Below the pieces are notes generated by a model. The model did no database searches. It saw nothing but the letters and a program-made list of their open reading frames with translations, and had not been told where the DNA came from. A stretch of DNA of 63,389 bases, the filler included, from Rhabdomonas costata (taxonomy: Eukaryota), in the NCBI GenBank assembly GCA_019059605.1. It is 27 parts of 27 records of this genome, joined end to end, with 100 filler letters (N's around TTAATTAATTAA, not from the genome) between each part and the next. Parts side by side here need not be neighbours in the genome. Positions count along the whole stretch, not along the records: positions 51,725 to 53,990 come from JAHMHO010004541.1; positions 54,091 to 56,340 come from JAHMHO010004542.1; positions 56,441 to 58,690 come from JAHMHO010004543.1; positions 58,791 to 61,040 come from JAHMHO010004544.1; positions 61,141 to 63,389 come from JAHMHO010004545.1; 22 more parts are not named here. One strand, written 5' to 3'. The position numbers and the translations under genes are program-made. Shown here piece by piece: positions 52,740 through 63,389 of the stretch; position 1 is the first letter of the stretch, and the number at the start of each line of letters is the position of its first letter.

Positions 52740-53804
52740 ACATACCTGCCCCCATATCGCCTAAACAAATAAACAAGGAAGGGCGCTGCGCTCCGGGCGC
52801 CGCGCTCAGTGGTCCCCGCTCAGGGATCCCGAAACAAAACAAAGGGATTTACTGTGTTCCTTTTCGATTATTTCTCCGAGGTTAAGCGGTGCCTATTCGT
52901 GTCTTGTACCCCCAGAAAAGAACCGCAAGCTACAAGTGTTGCCCTGTTGTTCATCCCGGGGGGCGGCAGAAGGCCGCGCCGGTCGTCTTCGTTGGATTGT
53001 AAATGACGCAAAAGTAGCCGTAAGAACACATCTCAAATGCACAACCCGAACCTCCCAAACATCAATTTGGATAGGTTTCCGGAGGGTTGATTTTTCACCC
53101 CGGTGACCCCATTGTCTACCCTTTTGCAGGGCCTTGGAGTGCCCCCAAAGGCCATTTTAAAGGCAAAGATAGGAAAAAAAAAAGACGAGTAAACCACCTG
53201 AAAAACGGCTGAAATCGGCGTAAAAAAAGCGTTTTTTCGGCACACCTCAAATACGTCAAGTTTGGTCGATTTCCGAAGGGTCGATTTTTTCACCCCGGCA
53301 CCCCATTTTGGGCCTATGTCGGTGGACCTCGGTGGTCGTTGTTGTAGGGCTCAAAAAGGGTCATTTTGGCTGAAATCTGCCTCAAATCGGTTGTTGTGAG
53401 CCTCCAAAGCGTGCTTTTCGTGTGTTATACGACCCCTTAAATTGGGCGATGGATCACCTTTTCCAACTTCAACACGAGGTCTACTCCGTTTTATTGTCCT
53501 TTGGGGGGGGGGTCCCAAAAATTAATTTTTTTATGAGGGGGGGGTTCATGGTTCGAAAAAAATTAAATCGTCGATTTTTTGCCCAGGACTTTTTCCATCT
53601 GCTATTTTACCCCCCAGAACCTAGGGGCTGAAGGACCTACGGCGGCTTGAGACGCTGACCACTTCCCAAAAAAATAATGCAAAAATCTTGAGACAGGCAT
53701 CGGACAGACATAAAGACGCACGCACTACCTTCATACCTCACTTCGTTTCGGGAAAACATAGACCCCCCATATCGCCTAATCAGATAAAACATATGGAGGT
53801 ATGT
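52740..53804. mobile_element. Probable non-autonomous DNA element (MITE or Helentron-derived type)
   Basis: ACATACCT (52740) / AGGTATGT (53797) terminal inverted pair. CCCCCATATCGCCTAA repeated near both ends (52749, 53764). Internal ~38-bp diverged repeat at ~53076 and ~53270. No coding frame. Confidence 0.5.
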
Positions 53805-54090
53805 AGTTTTTTAATTGCTGTATTTTTTATCCTCCATTTTCTCTTTTCTTTGAAAGTTATATGAGAACCCGACGAAGAGCGTCAAAGGCAGGCGGAGATG
53901 GTGCCTTGCTGATGATGACCCAACCACTCCGCTAGGGTCGAAACGCCAGTCACTCCAGTAAGACATCAGATCATCCAGCTGCTCAACCCANNNNNNNNNN
54001 NNNNNNNNNNNNNNNNNNNNNNNNNNNNNNNNNNTTAATTAATTAANNNNNNNNNNNNNNNNNNNNNNNNNNNNNNNNNNNNNNNNNNNN

Positions 54091-54331
54091 GAAGTAAATC
54101 AAGATCAGGAAATCTTTCTCCGAAAGATTTGAGCCCTCCAGGAGACACCGTTCTTCGACAGTTATTGTCACAGCACCGAAAACCAGACTTGCCTCTATAG
54201 TTGTCAGCCTTCAAAACAGCTCCACAAGATGGGCATCCATCACAGCCAGGATGAATCCCATACTTCTTCATCCATTTTCGTCGCTTAGAATCATTCCCAG
54301 CAATTTCCAGAACATCGTAGAGCGTTAACAT
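54091..54331 (-). mobile_element. Merlin/IS1595 (ISXO2-like) transposase, N-terminal zinc ribbon, truncated by contig edge
   Basis: MLTLYDVLEIAGNDSKRRKWMKKYGIHPGCDGCPSCGAVLKADNYRGKSGFRCCDNNCRRTVS...F..LDL has the CPxC-x~16-C-x4-CR..VS pattern preceding ISXO2-type DDE domains. DDE core is outside the contig. Confidence 0.65.
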
Positions 54332-56659
54332 GTCAAAAAACAAAGAAAAAAGAGATAAAATCCTGGGCACAATAGTAAAGTAACGCCGAATAAAATTCCC
54401 TACGGGTCGTTGTGTTCTCTTCTGTGGTTTGTTCTGATGCCCCGGTATTTTTTTGCCAGCAACTTGGGCGCACATAATCCACCCTAACAAAAGAGGAACC
54501 TGGTGAAATGAACCGTTTGAATTCCGCAATCAACAGTTGCCGTTGCAAGCCTGTCGCCATTGAATGAACTAAATGTTCCCACGCACTTCATGACTAAAAT
54601 CAACCGTCCGTTTGCGCGGGAATATCCACTTTCTTGGCTTTCTGTAAAAAGCCCCGCACCGCGGAGGACTAAATATAAGAAGGACTCTTACGCACTGGAC
54701 GGGCGCGTGGCGGGGCCCATTGTGCCCGATGAAGACCAACCCAACGACCGCACTGAAGAAGAGGACAATGAACCAGGCGGGGCATTCTCCGACTATCCTC
54801 CTCGACCTTCCGCTCGTGACCGCGCTCCTTGGGCACCTGGTCGCCCCATGATCTTCAACAAGATTTGCAAACGACGCTCGCCCCCTTCGTGTCTGCGATC
54901 GCTGCTGCGCTCCTCGTCCTGGAGGTGAAAACGTTTTCTGTCATCCGCGTTTAGGCGGCAGCCGGTGTAGTAGCACAAAGATCCTTCAGGAGGCCGGAGG
55001 GAAAAGACCACGCCATTCAAGAGACATTTCACATTTACTGTAAGGTCCCCTTTCGCTACATCGTGACTCCGGCTCTCAGTACGCCCAGTTGATCTGCGCG
55101 TGCGTATGTCGAGGAAAACGGCCGAAGGAGCTACCTAAGAATGCGCTGTATCGCGATCAAAGATGCCAGTGCCATGGTGGTTGCACTAGATGAGGTTTGC
55201 AGCACCATGCATCGACTGCGAAAAATGCGCGGCTGTAGCCATCAAAGGGCGCCTTCTGTAAGCAGTCAGCGGCACCGTCGGCTGCGAGGTGCTAAAAGCC
55301 ACCCATGCTCGCGCAATGTCCTCTTCCAAGCTTGATGGCATGACCTATTTCACCACATTGCGCTGGAGGTCGTGGTCCATTGCTTGGAACCTGTTCATTA
55401 TCATTGCCTGTTGGAACCGATTGTAAATTCTTCCAATTCTTCCTTCATGCTCCAGTGCTTAGTCAGGTGTGGCGCAGGAACTGGAAGAACAACTCCAAGG
55501 TGTCGAACTCCTTGTCACTGTGGAACATACCGATGACATGTTCTACCAAGGCGATGAGGGCATACTGGATGACTTCTGGAAGATTTCGCTGCTCATTGCG
55601 CACCTGGAACTACAGTCCCAGAGGCAGAAATTGCTCGGTGTTCCACTTGTACTGTTGTAACTACGTGTCCTTTTCTTGCAACTTGCGGAGGTGGTCCTCT
55701 TGAGACGAAGTAGCAATTTGATGAGTGTGGAATGCCACCACAAATTACAATCAACAGTTCATCGAACGGCAGCTGGAGTCGAACAAGTATGCCCTATTTT
55801 CAACCGCAACATTTATACAAACTGCTGTAGAGCCGGAATGCTGTAGACCGTACCTGACGCAACACGCTTGTCTAGAGAATTTATTGTATATTTTCTGATG
55901 CTTATACCCAATATACTCAAAGTATGATGGAGGCTCCAACCATACAGCAAATGGTCTAATCCAAACCCACCGAACTGCAAAACATGGAATACCAGTCTAA
56001 CGGCAACAATTTTACACCAACATTTCCACAAAGCGCCGAAATTCTACACAAACAAACGAAATGAATGGCTTCGTGGTCGTGGGTTTACAGAATTTATTTT
56101 TTTGGGATTGGTTGTAACTGAGTAACATAAAAAAAGAATCCTATAAACCAATTGCAATCCAGGTGGTCTACTTTCAACCGAATTCTTCTGAACACTTTTA
56201 ACCGATATCCAACTGGCAGATTTTGTTTTTTTGTTTTAAAAAACACAGAAACCACATAAATACAACGTATTATTTATAGAAAAGGTTGTTTACCGAGGAA
56301 ATTAAAGCAAAAAAGGACCAACGCATGACATGCGGACACANNNNNNNNNNNNNNNNNNNNNNNNNNNNNNNNNNNNNNNNNNNNTTAATTAATTAANNNN
56401 NNNNNNNNNNNNNNNNNNNNNNNNNNNNNNNNNNNNNNNNCACCAACAAGACTGCCAGCCGCGGAAGCACAACAGTGAGTGTCCGATTTGAAAACTTGTT
56501 GGGCATCGAATGGATACACGAAATTGTCGTCTCCCCAACACATCAATCAGTTGTCCAAAAGGTCTCATTATGCTATTGCTCCTTATGGTGCTGAATCCTT
56601 AAAGTGAGGACAAATTGGCAAAGTACCCAACGCCTGCTGTCTGCTTCTGTCTTCAACTG

Positions 56660-58660
56660 TCGCACACACCTCGGAAGTGGTCCGCGTTGACCTTGGCGAC
56701 GCCCTGAGGGGAGAGCTTGCCTAGCAGGTCAACCTCCTGAACGCTCAACTCCCGCGCTAGGCCCTCCCGAAAGTACTCAAAGATAGATGGGGACATCTTT
56801 GGTGGACAGGTACGAGAAAAAAGACACGCAAGAATCGAAAAAGTGTCGGGGTTGGGTGGGGGTGGGGAGGTTTCGCACGAATAGTCGACGGAGGAGAAAT
56901 GCAGGAATCTGCATAGGAAAGACACACTCAAATCACTCCAAGTGCTGAAGTGCTGCGGAGCAAGCTCCTCCGTCTGCTGCGTACCAAATCCTCAATAAGC
57001 AGTCACTCCCTGCGTTTTCCCCAAGATAGTATCTCTCTGAATGATCGCCATGGATAGGATGGATGTGCTCCTTTTTTTTTTTGAAAATTCAAAATACAGT
57101 TGACACTCAGCTCGACTGACAAAGGGAACTGGGACTGTGGAGGACGAGTAGGACAGCACTGACAGCAATATCTGAAAGTACAGCATGGGTTCTGCTATCA
57201 CAGGCAGCGACGGTATGTGCTTTCTACAACCCCTGCGGTTCAGCGGAAAGGGTTTCACAGCGTGCAACCGCGGCAGCAGCCAGCATTCGAACCTCCGCGG
57301 TCACCGGGTCTGTAACCTCTCCCAGGGCTTCCAGCGCTCGGAGCAGTGAAGAGCAAACAGAAATATCCAGAGACAGTCCAGATGGGGTTTTTGATGTCAA
57401 TCCTAGCGGTTCGAGCAATCCGCCGGCACGTACACCTCCCACCACAACCAAGGCTCTTGCCTGTGCCAGGGCATCTTTGCGGAATGGGGCAAGCCTTTCA
57501 GCTGTGCCAAAAGGCCGAGATGAATTTCTGTTCCGCGGCAACCCATTCGACGGCGCCCATTTTAATCTCATTCTCTGTCCTTCAATCTGTCATTCAATAA
57601 ATTCGACACAATGCACTTCAGTCACAGTGTTTTTACTTCTGTCGATCGGCAGCAGAACGAAATTTCATTTAACACAATTGGGCAGGTGGCAGTCTTTTCC
57701 AGAGTCAACGACAAAAAAGGACAATGCTAGAATGCTAGTGCCATACCAAAGTCACGCCGGTGCTCTGGAGAAACTTCGCGCAATGCTAAGGAGGTCGCCT
57801 TGCGCAACACCAGGTCAACGGATTGCAATATGGTTTCGGCAGGAGCGCCTCTTTCGTGTCCATCTTCAGATGCCTCAGCAGGGACAGGATGCTTGAGACT
57901 GGCAAAAATGAGATTCATTGTTATGGAAACCATTTCATGCAAAGGCAACATGTCCGTTGTCAAGACAACGTAATTCTGTTGCCAAGCATCCCCGAATTTC
58001 CCGTAGGTTGATGTGCCATAACCAGCGTCGGAGGTCCGGCGCAGCAGATCCAAAGGCCACTGAGGAGAAACAGGGGGAAGCTCCAGTTCCATCATTCCAG
58101 AAATCACGGCCTCAGGAACCTGTTCGCTGCGCACGGCGTTTCGAGAGCGGCACGTCTCTCGAGAAGCCACCAAAAGAACCTACACAAATCAGAAGAAAAA
58201 ACCCAGAACGGAACAAACGAACATTAAAAGTAAAAAAAAAAAAAATCACAAACCACAAACCTGCGCAAATGCGTCCCCGTGAAGTCGAGCGAGTTGAAAG
58301 AATTTGTAGCGCCTGCTCGTATGACTAAAATTGTCCTCAATTAAGACAACGGTGTCAAACGTGCGTTCGACCTCGGCGCACATTTGCGACGCAAGTTCAA
58401 AAATCATTTCCGAGTCAGCAGAAGAATCTGAAGGAAAATGACCGAAAATAAAGATTATAGAAACAAAGGTTAACTGCATGAAGAAGGCTGAACAACCTTG
58501 CTTGAGAGACGGTGTTGCCACAAGAACAGTAACCAGTTCCACAAGGCGAAGAAACCAGGACTGTGCCTCATGCCAAAGTGAGGCGCTGAATGATGAAGGT
58601 TCCAATCGACGGTGGACTTTCCAACGTTGAAAAAATTCGTCGAATGAGCAAACCACAAAG
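56660..58660 (-). CDS. Unknown multi-exon protein with short introns (exact junctions not resolved)
   Basis: Successive protein-like minus-strand blocks (in ORFs 58246..58656, 57727..58173, 57224..57571, 56653..56931) separated by T-rich segments with GT/AG ends, e.g. GDAFAQ|GTTTGT...TGTGTAG|VLLVASRE. Confidence 0.5.
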
Positions 58661-58942
58661 TTCAGGCCCCGACAAGACGCCCCACAAACANNNNNNNNNN
58701 NNNNNNNNNNNNNNNNNNNNNNNNNNNNNNNNNNTTAATTAATTAANNNNNNNNNNNNNNNNNNNNNNNNNNNNNNNNNNNNNNNNNNNNTTGTTGGTTG
58801 GACTGGATTGGTCATGCACAATTATTGCATGAACTTCCCATCAGCTTGAAAGGCTGAAGTTACTGTAGGCACTTGTCTCGACGGTGGAGGGAAATTGCCG
58901 TTATGCTTGTCTGATGACTAGGTTTTTGTTTTGGTGTCCCAG

Positions 58943-60250
58943 GATGCGGTAAGCGAGGCACTGCGGACGGCCTCGGAGGACCAGGGGGGGCTCAAGCGCG
59001 ACCTTGCCCAAGCTAATGCTCATATCGGGAGACTGCAGGCCCAGCTGAGTGATCCACAGCAGGGTTTTCTGGTGCGTCTTTGCGAGAATGTGCGTGTGCA
59101 TTTTGTGGAGCACTTGCCGAGGGTTCGGCATCATTCAAGCAGTGTGCATGTTTTGGATTTGGGGTACAGAGATGGATGAATGTCCTTAACATACACCGCG
59201 CTCTACTTGGGTGCTAGCACCTAGATCCCCATAATCCTGTTGTGTGCCTCATAGCACCGGTTCACCATACAACAGGAATCTCCGACTGCCCCGCGGGCCC
59301 CACATAGCACGCGTATAATTCAAAATAACGAAAGCAAAAAAAAAACGCCTGAAAAAACACATCTGTGTGTTGGGAGCTGGGAAGCAGGCTAGCAACCCAC
59401 CCTAGCAGCTTCCAGGCTGTAAAACTTTTGGCATGTCAAGCTCTCACACTCCACCCCCACCTCCTTTGATATTAGGGCCCAAGTTCCGAAGACGGAGGAG
59501 GTCGTCTTGGGTTGCAGTGCCCTCGGAACGCGTCTTTGACTACCTCTCCTCAGGGGCTGGACCAGGGGGCGAACGAGCACGCCAGTGCAAGGCACTTAGC
59601 GGAGCTACAGGTGGCCTCTGCGAAGGAGGCCTTGCGGAGCTTGGAGAGGACCATGGAGGCGATGAAGGCGGAGCGAGAGGTGGGGAGATTCCTTGTTTCC
59701 TTTATGTGAATGGACGCACTCCAAAAAGAAAACGCTCACTCAATAAAGGCGATGTTGAACCTATGTTTTTTTTTCCAGATTCTGTGTAAATCTGTCGACC
59801 TCTTCAGCGCAGAGAGATGTGCGTTCGAGCGACGTCATAGGCCATGGTCGTCTGCCTTTTCACAAAGCAGAGGTCTTCTTTGGTGATAGACAAGCCCAAT
59901 GCACGAGAAATCCTGTGATATTTGCAAACTGGAGGAATGTCACCGGATGACACATTATTCTGCTGGGTTTTGTTTGGTATGTGATCGTGGAGTTCACGAG
60001 GCAGCGAACTTGAGATATTTGAGCAATTTGACTGCGCCAATTCCGGGAAAAAATCAGAGGGCAGGGGTAGAGGAGACTCGGCAGTTCTAGATGGCGATCT
60101 CATGCAAAGGTGGTGAAGGGAGACCTACTGGTTCTGGGCTTCTCTTGTGTACAGGGCTCGCCTTCCAACAAGGAAGGCAATGCAGGAAAGAGAAGTGCTC
60201 AGCGGAGCGGAGACAAAGTAGGGAAGGAAGCGCACCAGCCGCCTCTGTAG
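58943..60250 (+). CDS. Coiled-coil protein, 3' part; exons 58943-59071, 59554-59679, 60155-60250
   Basis: Phase-0 exons of 129, 126 and 96 nt: LKRDLAQANAHIGRLQAQL, LAELQVASAKEALRSLERTMEAMKAERE, ending EAHQPPL*. Last exon least certain. Confidence 0.65.
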
Positions 60251-61148
60251 GGTGGCCTTGGCGTGAAAAAGCGCGGCCAGCTCGGCCTGAGTTGTGGGCT
60301 GTGGCGGGGCAGGGAGCAGTTCACCAACCCCCTGGGCAACTTTACCATCGCCACCAGCGCCGGCCACAGAGTACCCCTCCCGAAGCTGCAGCTCAGGCTG
60401 CGAAAGGCGAGGGCAGGGGGCAGGGGGCAGGGCTATTCACAACGACCTTCTCGCGTAAAGCAAACAAGACAGACGGTTAAGGGAACCGCATACGAAGCAA
60501 CAAAGTACACAGGCAACCAGTTCCCGAGTAATGCTAGGAAGCTTTCTTTGCAAAGCGACTGAAAAGCTTCGAGGTATACTTTGATAGTTCAAAACTCAAA
60601 ACGTGATTGCAGTCGGCCCCAAAAAAACTCTGGATCACCTCATCACTTGAAAGCCTCTGCTTGGAGGATGGGGGCTGAGCAGACGGGTGAGATATGTAAC
60701 CTGCACAACCTGAGCAGGGAATTCCACCCGGCGCCGAAACAGGTGCATTACGTCAGCTGAGGCAGGATCAAGAAAAAGGCTGCCCACTCACGCTCAGCAC
60801 TCCTCCAAAAAAAGCCTCACACACGACTGCAAGGAGAAGGGAACGGAAATGACGTCAGCCCGCTGCGCTCAATATCTGAGCCAGTCTTTCCTCTCCATGG
60901 AGAATTCGTAAAGGTTCAGGTTCAGGCAGTGCTTGGAGTACCATGGTTGATAACATCAATCGCGAATGAACCCAAGAAACAGTCGAATGAGTCTCAAGTG
61001 GACGTCATCTGGACCCAAGCCGGAAAACCACCCACCCCCANNNNNNNNNNNNNNNNNNNNNNNNNNNNNNNNNNNNNNNNNNNNTTAATTAATTAANNNN
61101 NNNNNNNNNNNNNNNNNNNNNNNNNNNNNNNNNNNNNNNNTTTGTGGT

Positions 61149-61254
61149 GGGACCTCCTAAAGGTGTGCCCTTGTGCTCCCTTTGAAATTCTCCTCTTCAA
61201 AATTGAAGAGGAGAATTTCAAAGGGAGCACAAGGGCACACCTTTAGGAGGTCCC
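61149..61254. repeat. Perfect palindrome, 52-bp arms, 2-nt centre, at contig start
   Basis: 61149-61200 versus 61203-61254, preceded by G/T-only bases. Confidence 0.95.
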
Positions 61255-63389
61255 GATACAAAGCAAGCATCTCCTGCTGCACTGACATTCGCGCAGCGAG
61301 AAACGGTCGTTTGGGAAGGGAGTCGGGCTCACAACTCCCCCAAGTGCGGGGTAGATGGCAAGAGAATAAACCAAAGGGAAATAGAGGGTATAAAAAAAGG
61401 TGAGCAACCGATGTTCACTGCAAGTTGGTCAAGTGGTACAGAAAAAATATACGCCCGTCATACCCAGCCCGAGCCGAGCAGGGGGGACCTGATGCTATGG
61501 TTCAGAAAATATTTCAGAAGTCGGAACCGGATCCTAACTCGTCCTGGTAGGACAAAAAAGTACCGTGTTTCAGTGCATCCCGCCATGGGGATACGATCAA
61601 GAAGCAAAGCCATCAAATCCTTCGCGTACCAGCACCCATTCTGAAATTCTACCCGCAAGCCTTTCTCAGCGGGTTGGTCCCTCCCCTTGCTTTTGCTCCA
61701 GCTCCAAAGCAAAAGCACAGCAAGTAAACCGTACAGAGAGGGTGGCTGCGTGCAGAAAGACGACCCGCACCAGGAAAAGGCGTGGTGCCGATGGGAGGGG
61801 AAAAACCAGGAGGGAGGCCCAGGCACCCTATTTACACAGGAGACAGGCTGGGGGGCCCTCAGTGCTCTCCGCCCCGCATTCCCCTCCTCATCGTTGCGAA
61901 GCGGAAGAGCAAAGGCAGCCAACAGTGGAACAAAGAAGGTGCGTACGTGTGTGGAAGGTATGTCTGTGGGGGGAGGTGAAGCCTGGCAATGGTGACAAGA
62001 ACGAACCTGATCAAGCAGGCAGAGGAGGAGAGAAAGTTGGCAGATGGGAGTTCACAACAGGGTATTTACAGAAAGAACAGGACTATCAAGTCGTGTGCTC
62101 GCTCCGACAAAGAGAGAAAGAGGGAGATGATACAACAAACCATCGGAGGTTGAAGAGAATCCTTCGCTCAAGGGCGGCCACCGGCTGAGTCATCACCCTA
62201 CAAGCTCTACTAACCCAAATTACTGAGTCAATATGGTTCCACCCGAGTGCAGGGTTTTCTCCCCTTAGCACCGTTGAAGAGTATCCAAAGCCAGAAACCA
62301 CAACCCCATCATTCCCTTTCCTTTGTTTCATCACTCATGGCAAGTGCAGCAAATTATCATGACTAAGTTCACAGTCACAATGGTGGGTGGGTGGTGGGAC
62401 GTTGCCAGAGTAATGTTGGCGTTGGGGTGGACGCTTCGAACGTTTAGCAGAAGGATATGGACCAAAACCGCGTCAATTCCATCAGGCAATTGTCCTGACA
62501 TCCTATTTAACTTATTCGGGCGCAGTACATTAGACGCCCCCCCCCTCCAGTTACCCAGACCCCAGACCAATTCCAGAAGTATAGTACCTCCGCTGCTCCG
62601 CTGCGCTCAGCGGCCCAGGACATCGTGGAGAAATCCACCGAAATCTCAGGTAGCACGTGCATCGCCTCCTTACCCCAACAACAGCTTCCATTAGAAGCCC
62701 GGGGGCGGGGGAACACGTGCATCGCCTCCTAATCCCATCAGGTGCTTCTGCTAGAATCCCAATGGACAGGTACATCACCTTTAAGACCGTTGCAAAGGTT
62801 GCGTAGCGATCGTTGGGCACAAAGTGAGTAACACCGCTACTCAAAAGTGAATAACTGGTATTCTCTGTATTCTCAATATGGTCCCGTAGAAAAACTACAG
62901 ACAGACTCAACCATCCCCTTGCCAGAAGGCTCTCAGAAAGGTGGAAGTGGTAGAAGAACCCCCAACTTGGGGAGGCAAGAGAGACCGGAGACCCCCGTGC
63001 ACTTCTCCTATTTAAGAAGCAGCAACAGGCGACCGCGAAAAGGTCGAACGAAGGTCCATCCCCCCGTCAAACTCAGAGGGACGTTAGGAAAGTGGGGGGC
63101 AGCACCGCAAGGGATTCCAGCCCGGCTCCCGCTCCCTCTCGGCCAGCTCGGCCAGTGCTGGAGAATACTCGATCGACGAACCTCCCGGACTGAATATACG
63201 CGGAGGGAGGGTTGTTGTGCAGCGTAGGTGTGCGTTTGTGTGATGGCCAGTGGGGTACGATAAGCTGCGGCCCAAAGAAGAAAGATCGGGCGAAGAGAAA
63301 AAGAAAAGAAAGAATGTCGTCGATGAAGAAGAGGAGGGGGCGAGGAGGATGAGATAGGATGGGAGATAAAGAGTCCCACACCCAACAAA

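Larger units (their letters stand above)
2252..61140. other. 26 artificial contig linkers (N44-TTAATTAATTAA-N44, 100 nt each); first 2252-2351, last 61041-61140
   Basis: Identical palindromic 12-mer with TAA stops in all six frames, flanked by 44 N, recurring every ~2.35 kb. Intervening contigs are 2249-2266 nt, consistent with a size-sorted contig list. Confidence 0.99.

Noticed and set aside
14144..60250. Euglenid non-conventional introns and spliced-leader RNA genes
   Set aside because: All resolved introns are GT-AG or GC-AG, and I found no spliced-leader sequence; only the uS3 insertion remains a candidate.
2252..61140. Regularly spaced identical TTAATTAATTAA as a CRISPR-like or biological repeat
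   Set aside because: Always embedded in N44 padding; it is an assembly linker with stops in all frames.
1..63389. A gene cluster or operon-like system made of the genes found
   Set aside because: Contigs are ordered by length, so adjacency is artificial.

Overview
This window is not a contiguous locus. It is 27 unrelated contigs of about 2.25 kb, joined by 26 identical artificial linkers (44 N + TTAATTAATTAA + 44 N), so gene neighbourhood carries no meaning. The DNA is intron-rich eukaryotic nuclear DNA, so most listed six-frame ORFs are spurious. I built spliced models by hand and checked reading phase across the junctions. Recognisable gene fragments: MORN-repeat, TPR, Kelch-type, C2-domain, IDH/IPMDH-family, LMBR1/LMBRD1-like, class III nucleotide cyclase, a DDX5/Dbp2-like DEAD-box protein and a bacterial/organellar-type ribosomal protein uS3. 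There is also a Merlin/IS1595-like transposase N-terminus, a probable non-autonomous element and decayed gene relics. Splice donors never have A at +4, and one motif resembles a euglenid repeat, which suggests a euglenid/euglenozoan host (inference). Most contig ends are G/T-only at the 5' end and C/A-only at the 3' end, several with fold-back palindromes, typical of whole-genome amplification. Best leads: (1) a Dbp2-like protein with all ATPase motifs altered but intact splicing (candidate pseudo-helicase); (2) an apparently complete 4-exon gene for a 110-aa secreted Cys-rich precursor; (3) a divergent bacterial-type uS3 with a 28-codon insertion in a conserved motif. I found no multi-gene system, CRISPR array, rRNA or tRNA.
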